Origin: Tortispora ganteri
Lineage: Eukaryota
DNA length: 64,000 nt
Assembly (NCBI GenBank): GCA_003707115.1
Contig: PPNB01000003.1
Location: 248,001-312,000, forward strand
Direction: 5' to 3'
Positions 51,431 to 61,129 of this stretch are shown piece after piece; the first letter of the stretch is position 1, and each line of letters opens with the position of its first letter. The translations under genes were made by a program, and so were the position numbers. Below the pieces are notes generated by a model. It was not told where the DNA came from and searched no databases. It saw only the letters and a list, made by a program, of their open reading frames with translations.

Positions 51431-54205
51431 TTAGAAGCAAGAACCCACAAAACTGGCTATATAAGCATCAATATCAAAAGTAAAAAGCGATTCATTGGAA
51501 TGCCCCTCACTTGACGCAGAAACATTGTAGGCAACGGTTGTATTAATCGAAAAGTTTCCATACTTCTGTTTAGGGTTTAGGAAAATGCTTTCTGCAACAT
51601 GAGTCTCAAAAACTACCTTGGTTTCTCTCGTAGGTTCCTGAATGGTAATGGTAGGTGTAGGGACATGGATATTTAAGTTGGATGACTCATATAGGATCGA
51701 TTGAGGCTCGAAACTTTGAGAAGAGTTGTCCAACAGTCCAGTATGTTCTTTTGATAACGTTTCTACCTTCACGTAACTCTCTATAGTGGAGTAGCTCCAG
51801 TTTCTCGGGGCACTACCAAGGACAGATGAGCTAGAGTAGACGGAGTTGGTCGAGGTCGCGGCAGGTTGCAGAATATCACTAGAAGATCTCGCAGAAAAAA
51901 CACCGCTTCCAAAACTTAAAGGTTTAATATTGGAAGATAAATTCGTTTGAAGTGTCTCAGTTTTGTTGATAGTACTGCGCAGAGGCCCGTGAACAGTGGT
52001 TGACACGTTTTGAGAAACAGAAACTGTATTAGATATTGCTGTTGCCCACAATGCAGTACTATTTTCGGCGTCCATGTTTGAGCTAGTAATGGCATGATTG
52101 CTAACCACATCAGTTGCTTTAACATAGACGGTATTAGTCGAGTTCACAGATTCAGTAGTGGTCCAGTTCGATAATCTCGATAAAAGAGAAGAGGTCTGCC
52201 CTTTTATATCAGCTAAAGGTTTCCAACAGTAAGTTTGGGCGCATTTATAGCATTCATCTGAAATTACCAAATTGTTTCTCTGCATCCCGCGAAGTATGGC
52301 TATGCATCTCACGCACGTACCCCATTCAGGTTGCTCAGGATCAGCAACACCAGCAGAGCTGTTACCTTGAGTGGCGATATTGTACGCATTCTGAATAATT
52401 CCATTAGACTCTGTAATCTTGTAATCCATCTTAGTAGTGGCAAAATTCGACTTGTGCGACCATTTAGTGTTCGGCATATAAATTATCAGCGGGATATCCA
52501 GCTCGTCGCTGCCGGCGTCGCATCCAAAAATAGTTGGTTTGAGTCGAAATTCAAGATGTTCCAGAGCAGCCTTATCGGGGATATTAGGAAACCTGTGCGC
52601 GGTCAACGGATCTCTGTTCAACTGGTTCATTGTCTCCACTAGAGAAACACCGTTTGGCCAATTATTAGACGTATCGGCCGAGTTGTCGAATGCGAATATC
52701 ACATCTATCTCTCTTTCTTTTGGAAGGAGAGGGTAAAGTGGAATATTCTGGCCAGTGAGTCCCCCGTCTACCATGTGTATTGCGTCATCTTCCAAAAGAG
52801 AGGAGCGTCGTATCCTTGTTCGGGTACATTTGAAGGGGTTTGGCTTAAATACGGCAGTATCAAAGCCATTAGTGTGTGATTTGAGTTCGTTTAGAATAAG
52901 AGCAAGCAGTCTTGTGTAGAGTATAGGTACACTTTTCAGTACAGAATCTAATGTTTGAGTTACAACATTCAGCAGTGAGGAAGAGGTGCCGATAATGAAT
53001 CCCAAGTTATCAAATCCGTACGTACACATCTGCATCTCATCAAATCGTTTAGCGTCAGTTCCAATTAACTGCGTCTGGATAAAGCTCTGGAGTCTAGGGT
53101 CCCAGGAACCGAGCTCAAAAGGAGAAAAGCTGTAGAGTATGGAATCCTTGGACATAGGCGTGAACAGGCTGCCTCTGTCTGCGGCGACGATAAAAGGCAC
53201 GGGCGCGTAGTAGTTCTGGAAGTATTCCGCATTTTGTAGCGAGGATAAAGTAGAATTAGGCCCAAGGCCTTTATTGTAGAACAGCTGATGTGCCAGCAAA
53301 GATCCCCAAAAATCAGTGAAAGAAACCGTGTAGCCGGCTTTGTGTTTCTCAGAGATCAGCTTGTATATAGAAGCCAGATGCTTGAGGCTCTTGAAAATAG
53401 ATTTTTCTGGCAAGAACATGGTTTTCTCAAAATTCCAAACAGACTTGTCTTCAACTAAATCAGTAATTTTAGAAAACCCGTTCATATACATGGATCCAAG
53501 CAACCAGGAACCTCCAGAAAGTCCAGATACGTATGTAGACGCTTGAAGTAGGCCTCCTATCTGGTATGGTCCATCTGTTCCGCTGACTCTGGAATCAGCT
53601 GCCATTAAAGCGCCGGCTCCGCATAGCATTGCCCTGTATCCGCCTCCGGAAAACGCCAGGGCGATTTTCGGCACATGCAGCTCCAAAAGCGTATCAGGAT
53701 CAATTCCGATGCCTGGAGTCTGCTCAAGAAAGGTTCTCATAAATACTTTTAATGTATGAGCTCTTCCTTTAACGTACTTTCGTTCAGTAGGTCCAACAGC
53801 GGAACCTGTTCGACCAATCTGATCAATGATGCACTTTTGTTCGACTGGTGCAAACCCTTGGTCGTATTGACGGTTAATATGGACATTGCTTTCGGTTCCT
53901 TGATTTTCTTGTGATTTTTGGGCCAGTTTGAGTGCATCATCAATAAATTCTAACACCTCATGCTGTTTTTCATATAGCGGTGTATCATTTCCCCTACCTA
54001 ACAGATTCTTATTTCTGTCTTCAAGGTACTGCGCTTTTACCTCCTCGATAGAGGCATTAGACTGAACTAAAGTGATATTTACACCTATTTCATCAAGTTC
54101 CTTCAGTAACAAATCCCTGAAGTCCGATAAAGATTCTACTGACTGCAGCAAACAACAAAATAGCACAACTAACAAAACGCGCATATTCTTCTCTGAAGGA
54201 CACAC
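51431..54205 (-). CDS. Secreted lysophospholipase/phospholipase B, copy D, with a long Ser/Thr-rich C-terminal tail
   Basis: Signal peptide (the start may be the ATG at 54184), AFSGGGYRAM, GLSGGSW, MVDGGLTGQN, then roughly 260 aa rich in S/T/N with many N-x-S/T sites. Confidence 0.92.
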   Translation of the reverse strand: MCPSEKNMRVLLVVLFCCLLQSVESLSDFRDLLLKELDEIGVNITLVQSNASIEEVKAQYLEDRNKNLLGRGNDTPLYEKQHEVLEFIDDALKLAQKSQENQGTESNVHINRQYDQGFAPVEQKCIIDQIGRTGSAVGPTERKYVKGRAHTLKVFMRTFLEQTPGIGIDPDTLLELHVPKIALAFSGGGYRAMLCGAGALMAADSRVSGTDGPYQIGGLLQASTYVSGLSGGSWLLGSMYMNGFSKITDLVEDKSVWNFEKTMFLPEKSIFKSLKHLASIYKLISEKHKAGYTVSFTDFWGSLLAHQLFYNKGLGPNSTLSSLQNAEYFQNYYAPVPFIVAADRGSLFTPMSKDSILYSFSPFELGSWDPRLQSFIQTQLIGTDAKRFDEMQMCTYGFDNLGFIIGTSSSLLNVVTQTLDSVLKSVPILYTRLLALILNELKSHTNGFDTAVFKPNPFKCTRTRIRRSSLLEDDAIHMVDGGLTGQNIPLYPLLPKEREIDVIFAFDNSADTSNNWPNGVSLVETMNQLNRDPLTAHRFPNIPDKAALEHLEFRLKPTIFGCDAGSDELDIPLIIYMPNTKWSHKSNFATTKMDYKITESNGIIQNAYNIATQGNSSAGVADPEQPEWGTCVRCIAILRGMQRNNLVISDECYKCAQTYCWKPLADIKGQTSSLLSRLSNWTTTESVNSTNTVYVKATDVVSNHAITSSNMDAENSTALWATAISNTVSVSQNVSTTVHGPLRSTINKTETLQTNLSSNIKPLSFGSGVFSARSSSDILQPAATSTNSVYSSSSVLGSAPRNWSYSTIESYVKVETLSKEHTGLLDNSSQSFEPQSILYESSNLNIHVPTPTITIQEPTRETKVVFETHVAESIFLNPKQKYGNFSINTTVAYNVSASSEGHSNESLFTFDIDAYIASFVGSCF

Positions 54206-55032
54206 CTCATCATTATGTGTCTATTATATGGCCACATCAGATAAAAACGCACAAGCTCTGTTTGTTATCACCAATGTAAAGAATGTAAAGTAACAGCCAA
54301 AATATATGAACTTTATTTAGAATCAAAAAAGCTGGTTCACGAATTAGTCAATTCAAACTGCGATTTAGCTTGCAATTAGTATTAACTGGTCAATAACACC
54401 ATTAATTTTTCAGTCAATTTATAGCAGCTGTTCGTCATCATAATTAGATATCAGTTTATTGCTACATTTTAGCCGTAATTTATGAGTTTCACCATTCTGT
54501 CGGAAGGCATGGATAGTCATTGTAATGACAGAAAGTTGGTGTAATGGATTATTACAGAAATAGAGTTCTCGGTTTCGTAGTTCACCGAAAAGTAAAGCGG
54601 GCCATAATTAGTTACATACAAGGCAATAGATAGAAAAAGATTTGAATTTAACCTATTGTGTATTTTATCTAACTAAATGCGTATTATTTCACTATCCTGT
54701 TTGGGTATTACGGGGTGTTTTCTAGAGTATTTTCAATATCTTGCCAAATGTGATAGCAAACTCTATATAGATTAAAGTTCAATTTGTGTGAAATACAACG
54801 TCCACAGTTAGCAAGTGACAATGGCTCATTGTTTTGAATGAATCACAGAGACAAAAATAACTAATAGAAGCTGATCAAATTGACAGATGTACAGATAAAG
54901 CAAAAATATAGTCCGCTCTTCCCGCGTTAGTAAAGCTATCACATCAAATGGGCAAAGAGTAGAGTCGTTACCAGTCATGCCTCAGGGCCTTAATTGAAAT
55001 TATCACATAAATGAAAACGTTCAAACGTCAAA

Positions 55033-55965
55033 TTAAACCACCGCATTCTCGGGTAGTCGACTGTAAGTTCTAGTTGTTACGCCACCCTGGCTAAGAATAG
55101 CCAATGACTCGGAATCAGTAGCATATTTTTTTGCGTATACCACTTCCGATATACCACATTGTACTATCTTTATGGCGCATGTTAGGCAAGGGCACGTATC
55201 ACAATACAGTATAGCACCCTCGCCAATTCGTTCTCTGCCCGCTTCGAGTAATGTGTTCTCTTCAGCGTGTAAACAGAGGCAACGGTCTAGCGAAGTTCCC
55301 GACAAATTTCCTGAGGCATTGCAGCGAGGACACCCGCCATCCGAACAGTTTTCCATACCTTTCGGCGTACCATTGTATCCTGTAGCTATTACGCGTTTAT
55401 CTCTAGTTAAGACACAACCAACACGACGCTTGACACAGTTACTTCGCTCTGCAGCCAGATACGCCAGTTTCATGAAATAGTCATCCCAACTTGGCCTGTA
55501 CCGTCTTTTGGTTTTCAGCTTTAGCTCTTTAAGGCACCGCGCTACATGACGATCAGACTCCGATTCAACTCCGTACAGTGTCATATCACATTTGATCGTC
55601 TCGATCCTACCGTTTGCTACCAATAAATCCTTCTGGCCTGTCGTCGCCGCTAAATACCGGCCTATCTCTTGTGGTATACTGCTCGGGACCAGCCGCAAGT
55701 ACGCAGTGTAGGGTGTACCAAACTCTTGCAATTGCTGCACCACCGAGAAGTCGTTATCCACAATATATATCAGATAGTCTTTAATCCGTTTCCGCGCGCA
55801 CTCTCTGACCTGATCCGCCGTTATTTGCGCGATTTCAGAAGCTGTTCGTTTATTCGAGTCCTCGAGCTTTATCGTTTCGTTTATCACACTGAATCCCCGC
55901 CGCGTCAAAATACGTACAACTTTGTGCCATTTGCTTCCTGGACCGCCAATTAGCACAAGAAGCAT
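55033..55965 (-). CDS. DCD1: dCMP deaminase
   Basis: RPSWDDYFM, RSNCVKRRVG, TGYNGTP, LHAEEN, PCLTC. Confidence 0.94.
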   Translation of the reverse strand: MLLVLIGGPGSKWHKVVRILTRRGFSVINETIKLEDSNKRTASEIAQITADQVRECARKRIKDYLIYIVDNDFSVVQQLQEFGTPYTAYLRLVPSSIPQEIGRYLAATTGQKDLLVANGRIETIKCDMTLYGVESESDRHVARCLKELKLKTKRRYRPSWDDYFMKLAYLAAERSNCVKRRVGCVLTRDKRVIATGYNGTPKGMENCSDGGCPRCNASGNLSGTSLDRCLCLHAEENTLLEAGRERIGEGAILYCDTCPCLTCAIKIVQCGISEVVYAKKYATDSESLAILSQGGVTTRTYSRLPENAVV

Positions 55966-55995
55966 ATCGTGATGGAGTGTGTGCTATAAAATGTG

Positions 55996-56001
55996 ACGCG
56001 T
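55996..56001. promoter_or_regulatory. MCB element (ACGCGT) upstream of DCD1
   Basis: Exact MluI box 30 bp upstream of a dNTP-metabolism gene. A GTCACGTG bHLH/Cbf1 box lies at 56053-56060. Confidence 0.4.
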
Positions 56002-56500
56002 CCTGTGTATGTGCGCAATTGTGGGTCTGTCAAACTTAATCAGCCGCATATTGTCACGTGCCTATACTTTTATGCGCCTTCGTGATCGAGCAGCCTGCTT
56101 GTAGTGCAATCCTGAAGGGACTGGTAGCTGTGGACCCTAGTCTTTGACAGCTGTTTGCATACCTGTCATTTGACAATATTGTGTACCCGATCTGGTAGCA
56201 GATCAGATGCCCACCTGTGGGCTGAGGCCAGAAACACATGCTTACAGCTACAACAACTACAACAACGGCATCTTCTGGCAATCTGAGCTGCATAGTCATG
56301 TCCTCTTTGTTGCTTTTAAACCCCCTCTGGATGCAAATTACTAGAGACAAAAAATCTCTAAGGGTCTGCAAGACTACAAGGGACAGGGGTAATAAGAAAG
56401 GGTCTGTACGGTTCAAAATAAATAATTATAGAACGTTCAACTCTTGAAAATATAACAGATTCTGCATAAAAGTTCAATTAATGTATAAAGATCACACATT

Positions 56501-57922
56501 ATGAAAGAGTCTAGAGAGAAACGACGCTCATTGTCATTGCACCTTGAAAGCAATGAAAACCCAGATGATATCTTAAGGGCAATGATCCTTGAACTACCGC
56601 CTGCTCGAGTCGCCAAACTGTCGCAGCAACACTCTAATGGCGCAATGAGAAGACTGTTTTTCAATTTCCAGATATGCAAGCACATTGGTAGCATGTACCA
56701 AAGCTGGGATCAGTGCGATATGGCTGCAATCATAGGTGAAGACGCTGGTCCGCTCCAGGCCACACCATGGGAAATAGAATACGAAACAACTGAGTTCCCG
56801 GTCACCAGAACTTACCTAGAAATTGATCCTTTCATGGCACATAAATTAGATTTTGTGAACTACGTGGAGAACCGCATGAAGCGCGAGAAGAAACTCGAAA
56901 AGGTCATTCGAAATGTTGTCAGCGCAATACGAGACACCAAGGACGAGAAACAGCAGTTCAAGGTAAAGACAATGATCCCAATTGATTCCTTTTTTAGCAA
57001 AATATCAACAGAACTCAAACGATCGCCTATGGAGACAATGGAATTTCTACTAAAATTTCTCCCTACTGAAGAGCAAGTCTTACAGCCCAGTCGAGGCAAG
57101 AATGCGCCACCGAACGACAATTTCCTGCTCGGTAAAGTTAGCCTATCGGTTTTTAGGGCTCTAAAACCGTTTGTTGCATTTCTTCAGCTGTTTCCGGAAC
57201 ATACAAGGCCGTCCATTCACTTTATGCGCAGCAAACCCATTCCGTTAGAGTGCTATTTGTACTGGGGTATGGAACTGATTGCGCACGACCAAGGAGTAAG
57301 TAACATGTTTCTAAAGCTTGCTGACGAAAAAGTGAAGAAGGCTGCATACCGAAAAATTAGCACCTTTCGCCCCGAGAAAGAGGTGCCGAGGACAACTGAG
57401 CAGTTATTCGAAGGAATCTCAGCTATACGTAAAGTGGTAAGCTCATGGACACGTAATCGACTGAAAATGTACTACAACAAAGATAAAGAACCTCTGATCA
57501 GAGATAAGGCAGTTTACGCGGGATACGTGTGCTGGCTGGCCAGAAAGATGATTATGGTTCCTGTACCGGCGATTGGACTCGATGGATCGCTGTACATTGG
57601 GTTCTACAATGTCCCGGAGCACCAAGCTGACGCGCCTGACTGGATAGATCTGACTCTGAAGAATTCCAATCGTACTGCTACTCCCCTCTGTCATATATGG
57701 GTCCCTGATCTCGAAGACACGCTGCAGTATACGCCATCTATGGGCGTAGCGCGATCAGGATCTTGGTGTCGCACCGACTTGGACAGCAACGCCAACTTTG
57801 CTGACCCTGCACGAGACGTTGTACGTAAATCATTACATCCTAACCTGGTGAACAAATACGAACGTCTATGGGGCGAGTCGGTACAGATTGTAGGCACTCC
57901 GGATTATATGGTATTCAAATAA
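56501..57922 (+). CDS. Hypothetical protein, 473 aa, no family recognised
   Basis: Long uninterrupted ATG ORF with globular-looking composition, filling the gap between DCD1 and the aldehyde dehydrogenase. Confidence 0.65.
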   Translation: MKESREKRRSLSLHLESNENPDDILRAMILELPPARVAKLSQQHSNGAMRRLFFNFQICKHIGSMYQSWDQCDMAAIIGEDAGPLQATPWEIEYETTEFPVTRTYLEIDPFMAHKLDFVNYVENRMKREKKLEKVIRNVVSAIRDTKDEKQQFKVKTMIPIDSFFSKISTELKRSPMETMEFLLKFLPTEEQVLQPSRGKNAPPNDNFLLGKVSLSVFRALKPFVAFLQLFPEHTRPSIHFMRSKPIPLECYLYWGMELIAHDQGVSNMFLKLADEKVKKAAYRKISTFRPEKEVPRTTEQLFEGISAIRKVVSSWTRNRLKMYYNKDKEPLIRDKAVYAGYVCWLARKMIMVPVPAIGLDGSLYIGFYNVPEHQADAPDWIDLTLKNSNRTATPLCHIWVPDLEDTLQYTPSMGVARSGSWCRTDLDSNANFADPARDVVRKSLHPNLVNKYERLWGESVQIVGTPDYMVFK

Positions 57923-58186
57923 CGCAAATGCAATGAAACTTTAATCTTATTCAAAATATTTTTTTCCGGGGTAACTGTGGGGTATGTATCGGAGTTTCAG
58001 CGCGAAAATGGGGAATCTCCGATATCATCTGGTAATATAGGCTTTTCTGGGCTTACTACGGAAAGAGCAGTGGGTTTCTTTCCTATATATACACTTGCCA
58101 TCCGCGTTAACTAAAAATTTCCTTATCTGCTTCGTATATTTTGCAATATAGCTTTTCTACGTCAATTTTTTTCTCGCTACCACGCC

Positions 58187-59668
58187 ATGTCTCATCTTAA
58201 CGTTGCTGAAGAGATCTTTCGACCCAAACTCCTCATTGACGGAAAGTGGATTGAAAAGGACACCAAATTCGATGTAGTCGATCCTGGCTCCGAAGAAGTT
58301 TGGGCGCAAGTGTCTACTGCTACCGTTGATGATGTCGATGCTGCTGTTACCGCAGCTGAAAAGGCCTTCGCCATTTATAGCCAAATACCTGGCCGCGAAC
58401 GCGGAAAAATGATCCTGAAATGGGACGAGCTAATCCGCAAATACAAGCCCGATATTGCTCGGCTAATCTCATTAGAGACCGGAAAACCCTTCCATGAGTC
58501 TATCGCTGAAATTGACTATGCTCTGACTTTCACCTGGTGGATGGCCGGCGAAGCTGAACGCCAGCATGGCTCTACTATGGAGGGAGCTCTTCCTGGTAAC
58601 AGATTCGTTGTGATCAAAAAACCTATAGGTGTCGTCGCCTGTCTCATGCCCTGGAACTTCCCTGTCGCCCTTGCCTGCCGCAAAATTGCTACTGCTCTTG
58701 CTGCAGGCTGCACTGTGGTAGCCAAACCCAGTCCCGAAACTCCTTTGTCTACTCTGGCCATCGCTCATCTATTGGAGCTGGCTGGCTTCCCTTCTGGTGT
58801 CGTTAATGTGCTCCCCACAGACAATGCCAATACTCCTCCTATTGGAGAAGCGTTATGCCGCCATCCGGTCGTTCAAAAAGTATCTTTCACCGGTTCTACT
58901 GGTGTCGGAAAGCTCCTTGCTACGCAATGTGCTGGAACTTTGAAGAAACTCACCTTGGAGCTCGGCGGAAACGGTGCATTTATCATCTTTCCAGACAGTG
59001 ACCTGGAAAAAGCTGCTACCTGGCTCATGGCCTGCAAGTTCCGCAACGCCGGACAGGTTTGTGTCACCGCTCAGCGTGTTTTTGTTCACAGCTCAGTCCT
59101 TGACGAGTTTGCTGGTATCATGAAGGGCAAGATTGAAGCCTTGAAGCAGGGCCCCGCGTTTGAAGAAGGTGTGACACTTGGCCCCGTAACTACTAAACGC
59201 TCTGTCGAAAAGATCCATCGTCACGTTCAAAACGCCGTCAGCAATGGAGCTACTCTCGTTACCGGTGGCAGTCCTAACACGAGTCTAAAGGGATATTTCT
59301 TTAAGCCAACTCTTTTGAAAGGCATGACCGACACCATGGATATCTCTTGCGAAGAGACGTTTGGTCCAGTCGTCGCTCTTTACTCATTTGAGACTGAAAA
59401 GGAAGTTGTTGAGCGAGCTAACAACACTTCTATGGGATTGACATCGTATTTGTTTACCAAAGATGCAGACCGTATTTGGCGCGTTATGGAGAAACTCGAA
59501 GTTGGTAATGTGGGCATCAACACCGGTATGACTACCTCTGCGGAAGCGCCGTTCGGTGGATGGCACGACTCTGGATACGGCAAAGAGGCTGGTAAAGAAT
59601 ATGGTATTTCAGAGTACCTAAAGATAAAATCTGCTACCTGGAAAGTTGACTTTGAGGGCTCTTCATAG
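58187..59668 (+). CDS. Succinate-semialdehyde dehydrogenase-like aldehyde dehydrogenase
   Basis: PWNFP, KPSPETP, SFTGSTGVG, LELGGN, KFRNAGQVC (catalytic Cys), EETFGPV, PFGG. Confidence 0.9.
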   Translation: MSHLNVAEEIFRPKLLIDGKWIEKDTKFDVVDPGSEEVWAQVSTATVDDVDAAVTAAEKAFAIYSQIPGRERGKMILKWDELIRKYKPDIARLISLETGKPFHESIAEIDYALTFTWWMAGEAERQHGSTMEGALPGNRFVVIKKPIGVVACLMPWNFPVALACRKIATALAAGCTVVAKPSPETPLSTLAIAHLLELAGFPSGVVNVLPTDNANTPPIGEALCRHPVVQKVSFTGSTGVGKLLATQCAGTLKKLTLELGGNGAFIIFPDSDLEKAATWLMACKFRNAGQVCVTAQRVFVHSSVLDEFAGIMKGKIEALKQGPAFEEGVTLGPVTTKRSVEKIHRHVQNAVSNGATLVTGGSPNTSLKGYFFKPTLLKGMTDTMDISCEETFGPVVALYSFETEKEVVERANNTSMGLTSYLFTKDADRIWRVMEKLEVGNVGINTGMTTSAEAPFGGWHDSGYGKEAGKEYGISEYLKIKSATWKVDFEGSS

Positions 59669-59912
59669 ATTATGCATATACATGTTCTCTTGATTCGTTT
59701 TGCACTGTAGACAGCTAAAGATCACCCTAATGTTCATCAAAAAACCTTATTCTCAACGCTCTCCAGGAATCCAATGCGATGCAAGAGTCAGCTTCCGACA
59801 TATAAAAAGAACCAGTTCCCCCATTTTTGCTTTTTCTTACATAAACCTTGCGAATAATCTTGCAGTTTTGCTATAAATTGTAAAAAAAAAGTAATAATAA
59901 ACATTCGCCAAT

Positions 59913-60713
59913 ATGTTGCTTAAAGAATCATACAAAGATGTCGAGACAAAGTATGGGAATATGAGGGTATTCCTGTTCCACCCGGTAATCCCTGGCTATC
60001 CCGATGCTAAGTTTCCCGGCGTCATTGTTTATTCGGAGATCTACCAGGTTACCGGTCCGGTTTCAAGATTCTGCAAAGATATTGCAGGACAAGGCTACAT
60101 TGTGGCGGCCCCGTCCGTGTATCACGATTTTGTTGGCCCTGAGGCCTTGGCTTATGATACCAAGGGCACCGACGATGGCAATAGGTTCAAGATTGAAAAA
60201 GAGCTCGGAAGCTATGATGCTGACGCTGCAGTTACAATTGATTTACTTCAGTCTCTGCCTACCTGCACAGGCAAAATTGGTTCTACCGGTATGTGTCTTG
60301 GAGGCCATCTTGCGCTCCGAGCCGGTCTCGATACTCGCGTGAAGGCGTCGGTATGTTTCTTCGGCACCGATATCCACAGCGCTAGACTTGGCAGAGGTGG
60401 TGATGACACGCTTCAACGAGCTCGCGAGATTGAAGCTGAAGTGCTCATGATATTTGGCACGGCCGACACCCATGTGCCTCCTGAGGGCCGCGACCTTATT
60501 CGCAAATCTTTACGCGACGCAGGTGTCAAGTTTTCGTTCTTAGAAATTCATGCTGCTCAGCACGCTTTTGTTCGTGACGAAGAGTCTAAAGATCGCTACG
60601 ATCCTGCAGTTACTAAATATTGTTTTGAGATCTTGAAGGAAATCTTCCATCGCCGTCTTGTGCTTGACCTTGGAAAGGAAGTCCCTCCTGGACCAATTGA
60701 GCACGTATGTTAA
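59913..60713 (+). CDS. Dienelactone hydrolase family protein (YDL086W-like)
   Basis: [11 protein letters not shown], nucleophile GMCLGG, DTHVP, HAFVRDE, RYDP. Confidence 0.9.
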   Translation: MLLKESYKDVETKYGNMRVFLFHPVIPGYPDAKFPGVIVYSEIYQVTGPVSRFCKDIAGQGYIVAAPSVYHDFVGPEALAYDTKGTDDGNRFKIEKELGSYDADAAVTIDLLQSLPTCTGKIGSTGMCLGGHLALRAGLDTRVKASVCFFGTDIHSARLGRGGDDTLQRAREIEAEVLMIFGTADTHVPPEGRDLIRKSLRDAGVKFSFLEIHAAQHAFVRDEESKDRYDPAVTKYCFEILKEIFHRRLVLDLGKEVPPGPIEHVC

Positions 60714-61129
60714 CTAAATAATTATATATAAGTCAATCAGTATGCTTGATTTAGCAGGCTGTTATTTCTGTAAAGATTAGCAACGTCCGGTCAATTCTGC
60801 TTCTTCAGCTAACACTTCTAGCAACAAAAGTGACTTCGCGCGAACATTACAATGCATATACAGCATGCATAACTACAATTAATTTGTGCTCCACATATGT
60901 ACTACCCATTATATAAATACACAATATCAAAAAATCATATTCACAGAACTATTTATAATATTACTATCGGTGCCGATATTGCAGTAAGCAGATCGATCTG
61001 ATGAAAGTAGTTCTGTCAAGAATATCTAAATATCCATATTAGGCAATTCCCAAGATACCTCTTTGTGATTGGCCCTCCACCCCCCACTGTGTACTCACTA
61101 AAAAGCAACGTTATCCTTCTTTCCAACTT

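Noticed and set aside
56054..56447. Short ORFs (120 aa minus, 69 aa plus) upstream of the orphan gene
   Set aside because: No motif; they contain a short CAA/CTA microsatellite and lie in a divergent promoter. A pseudogene relic cannot be excluded but is not supported.
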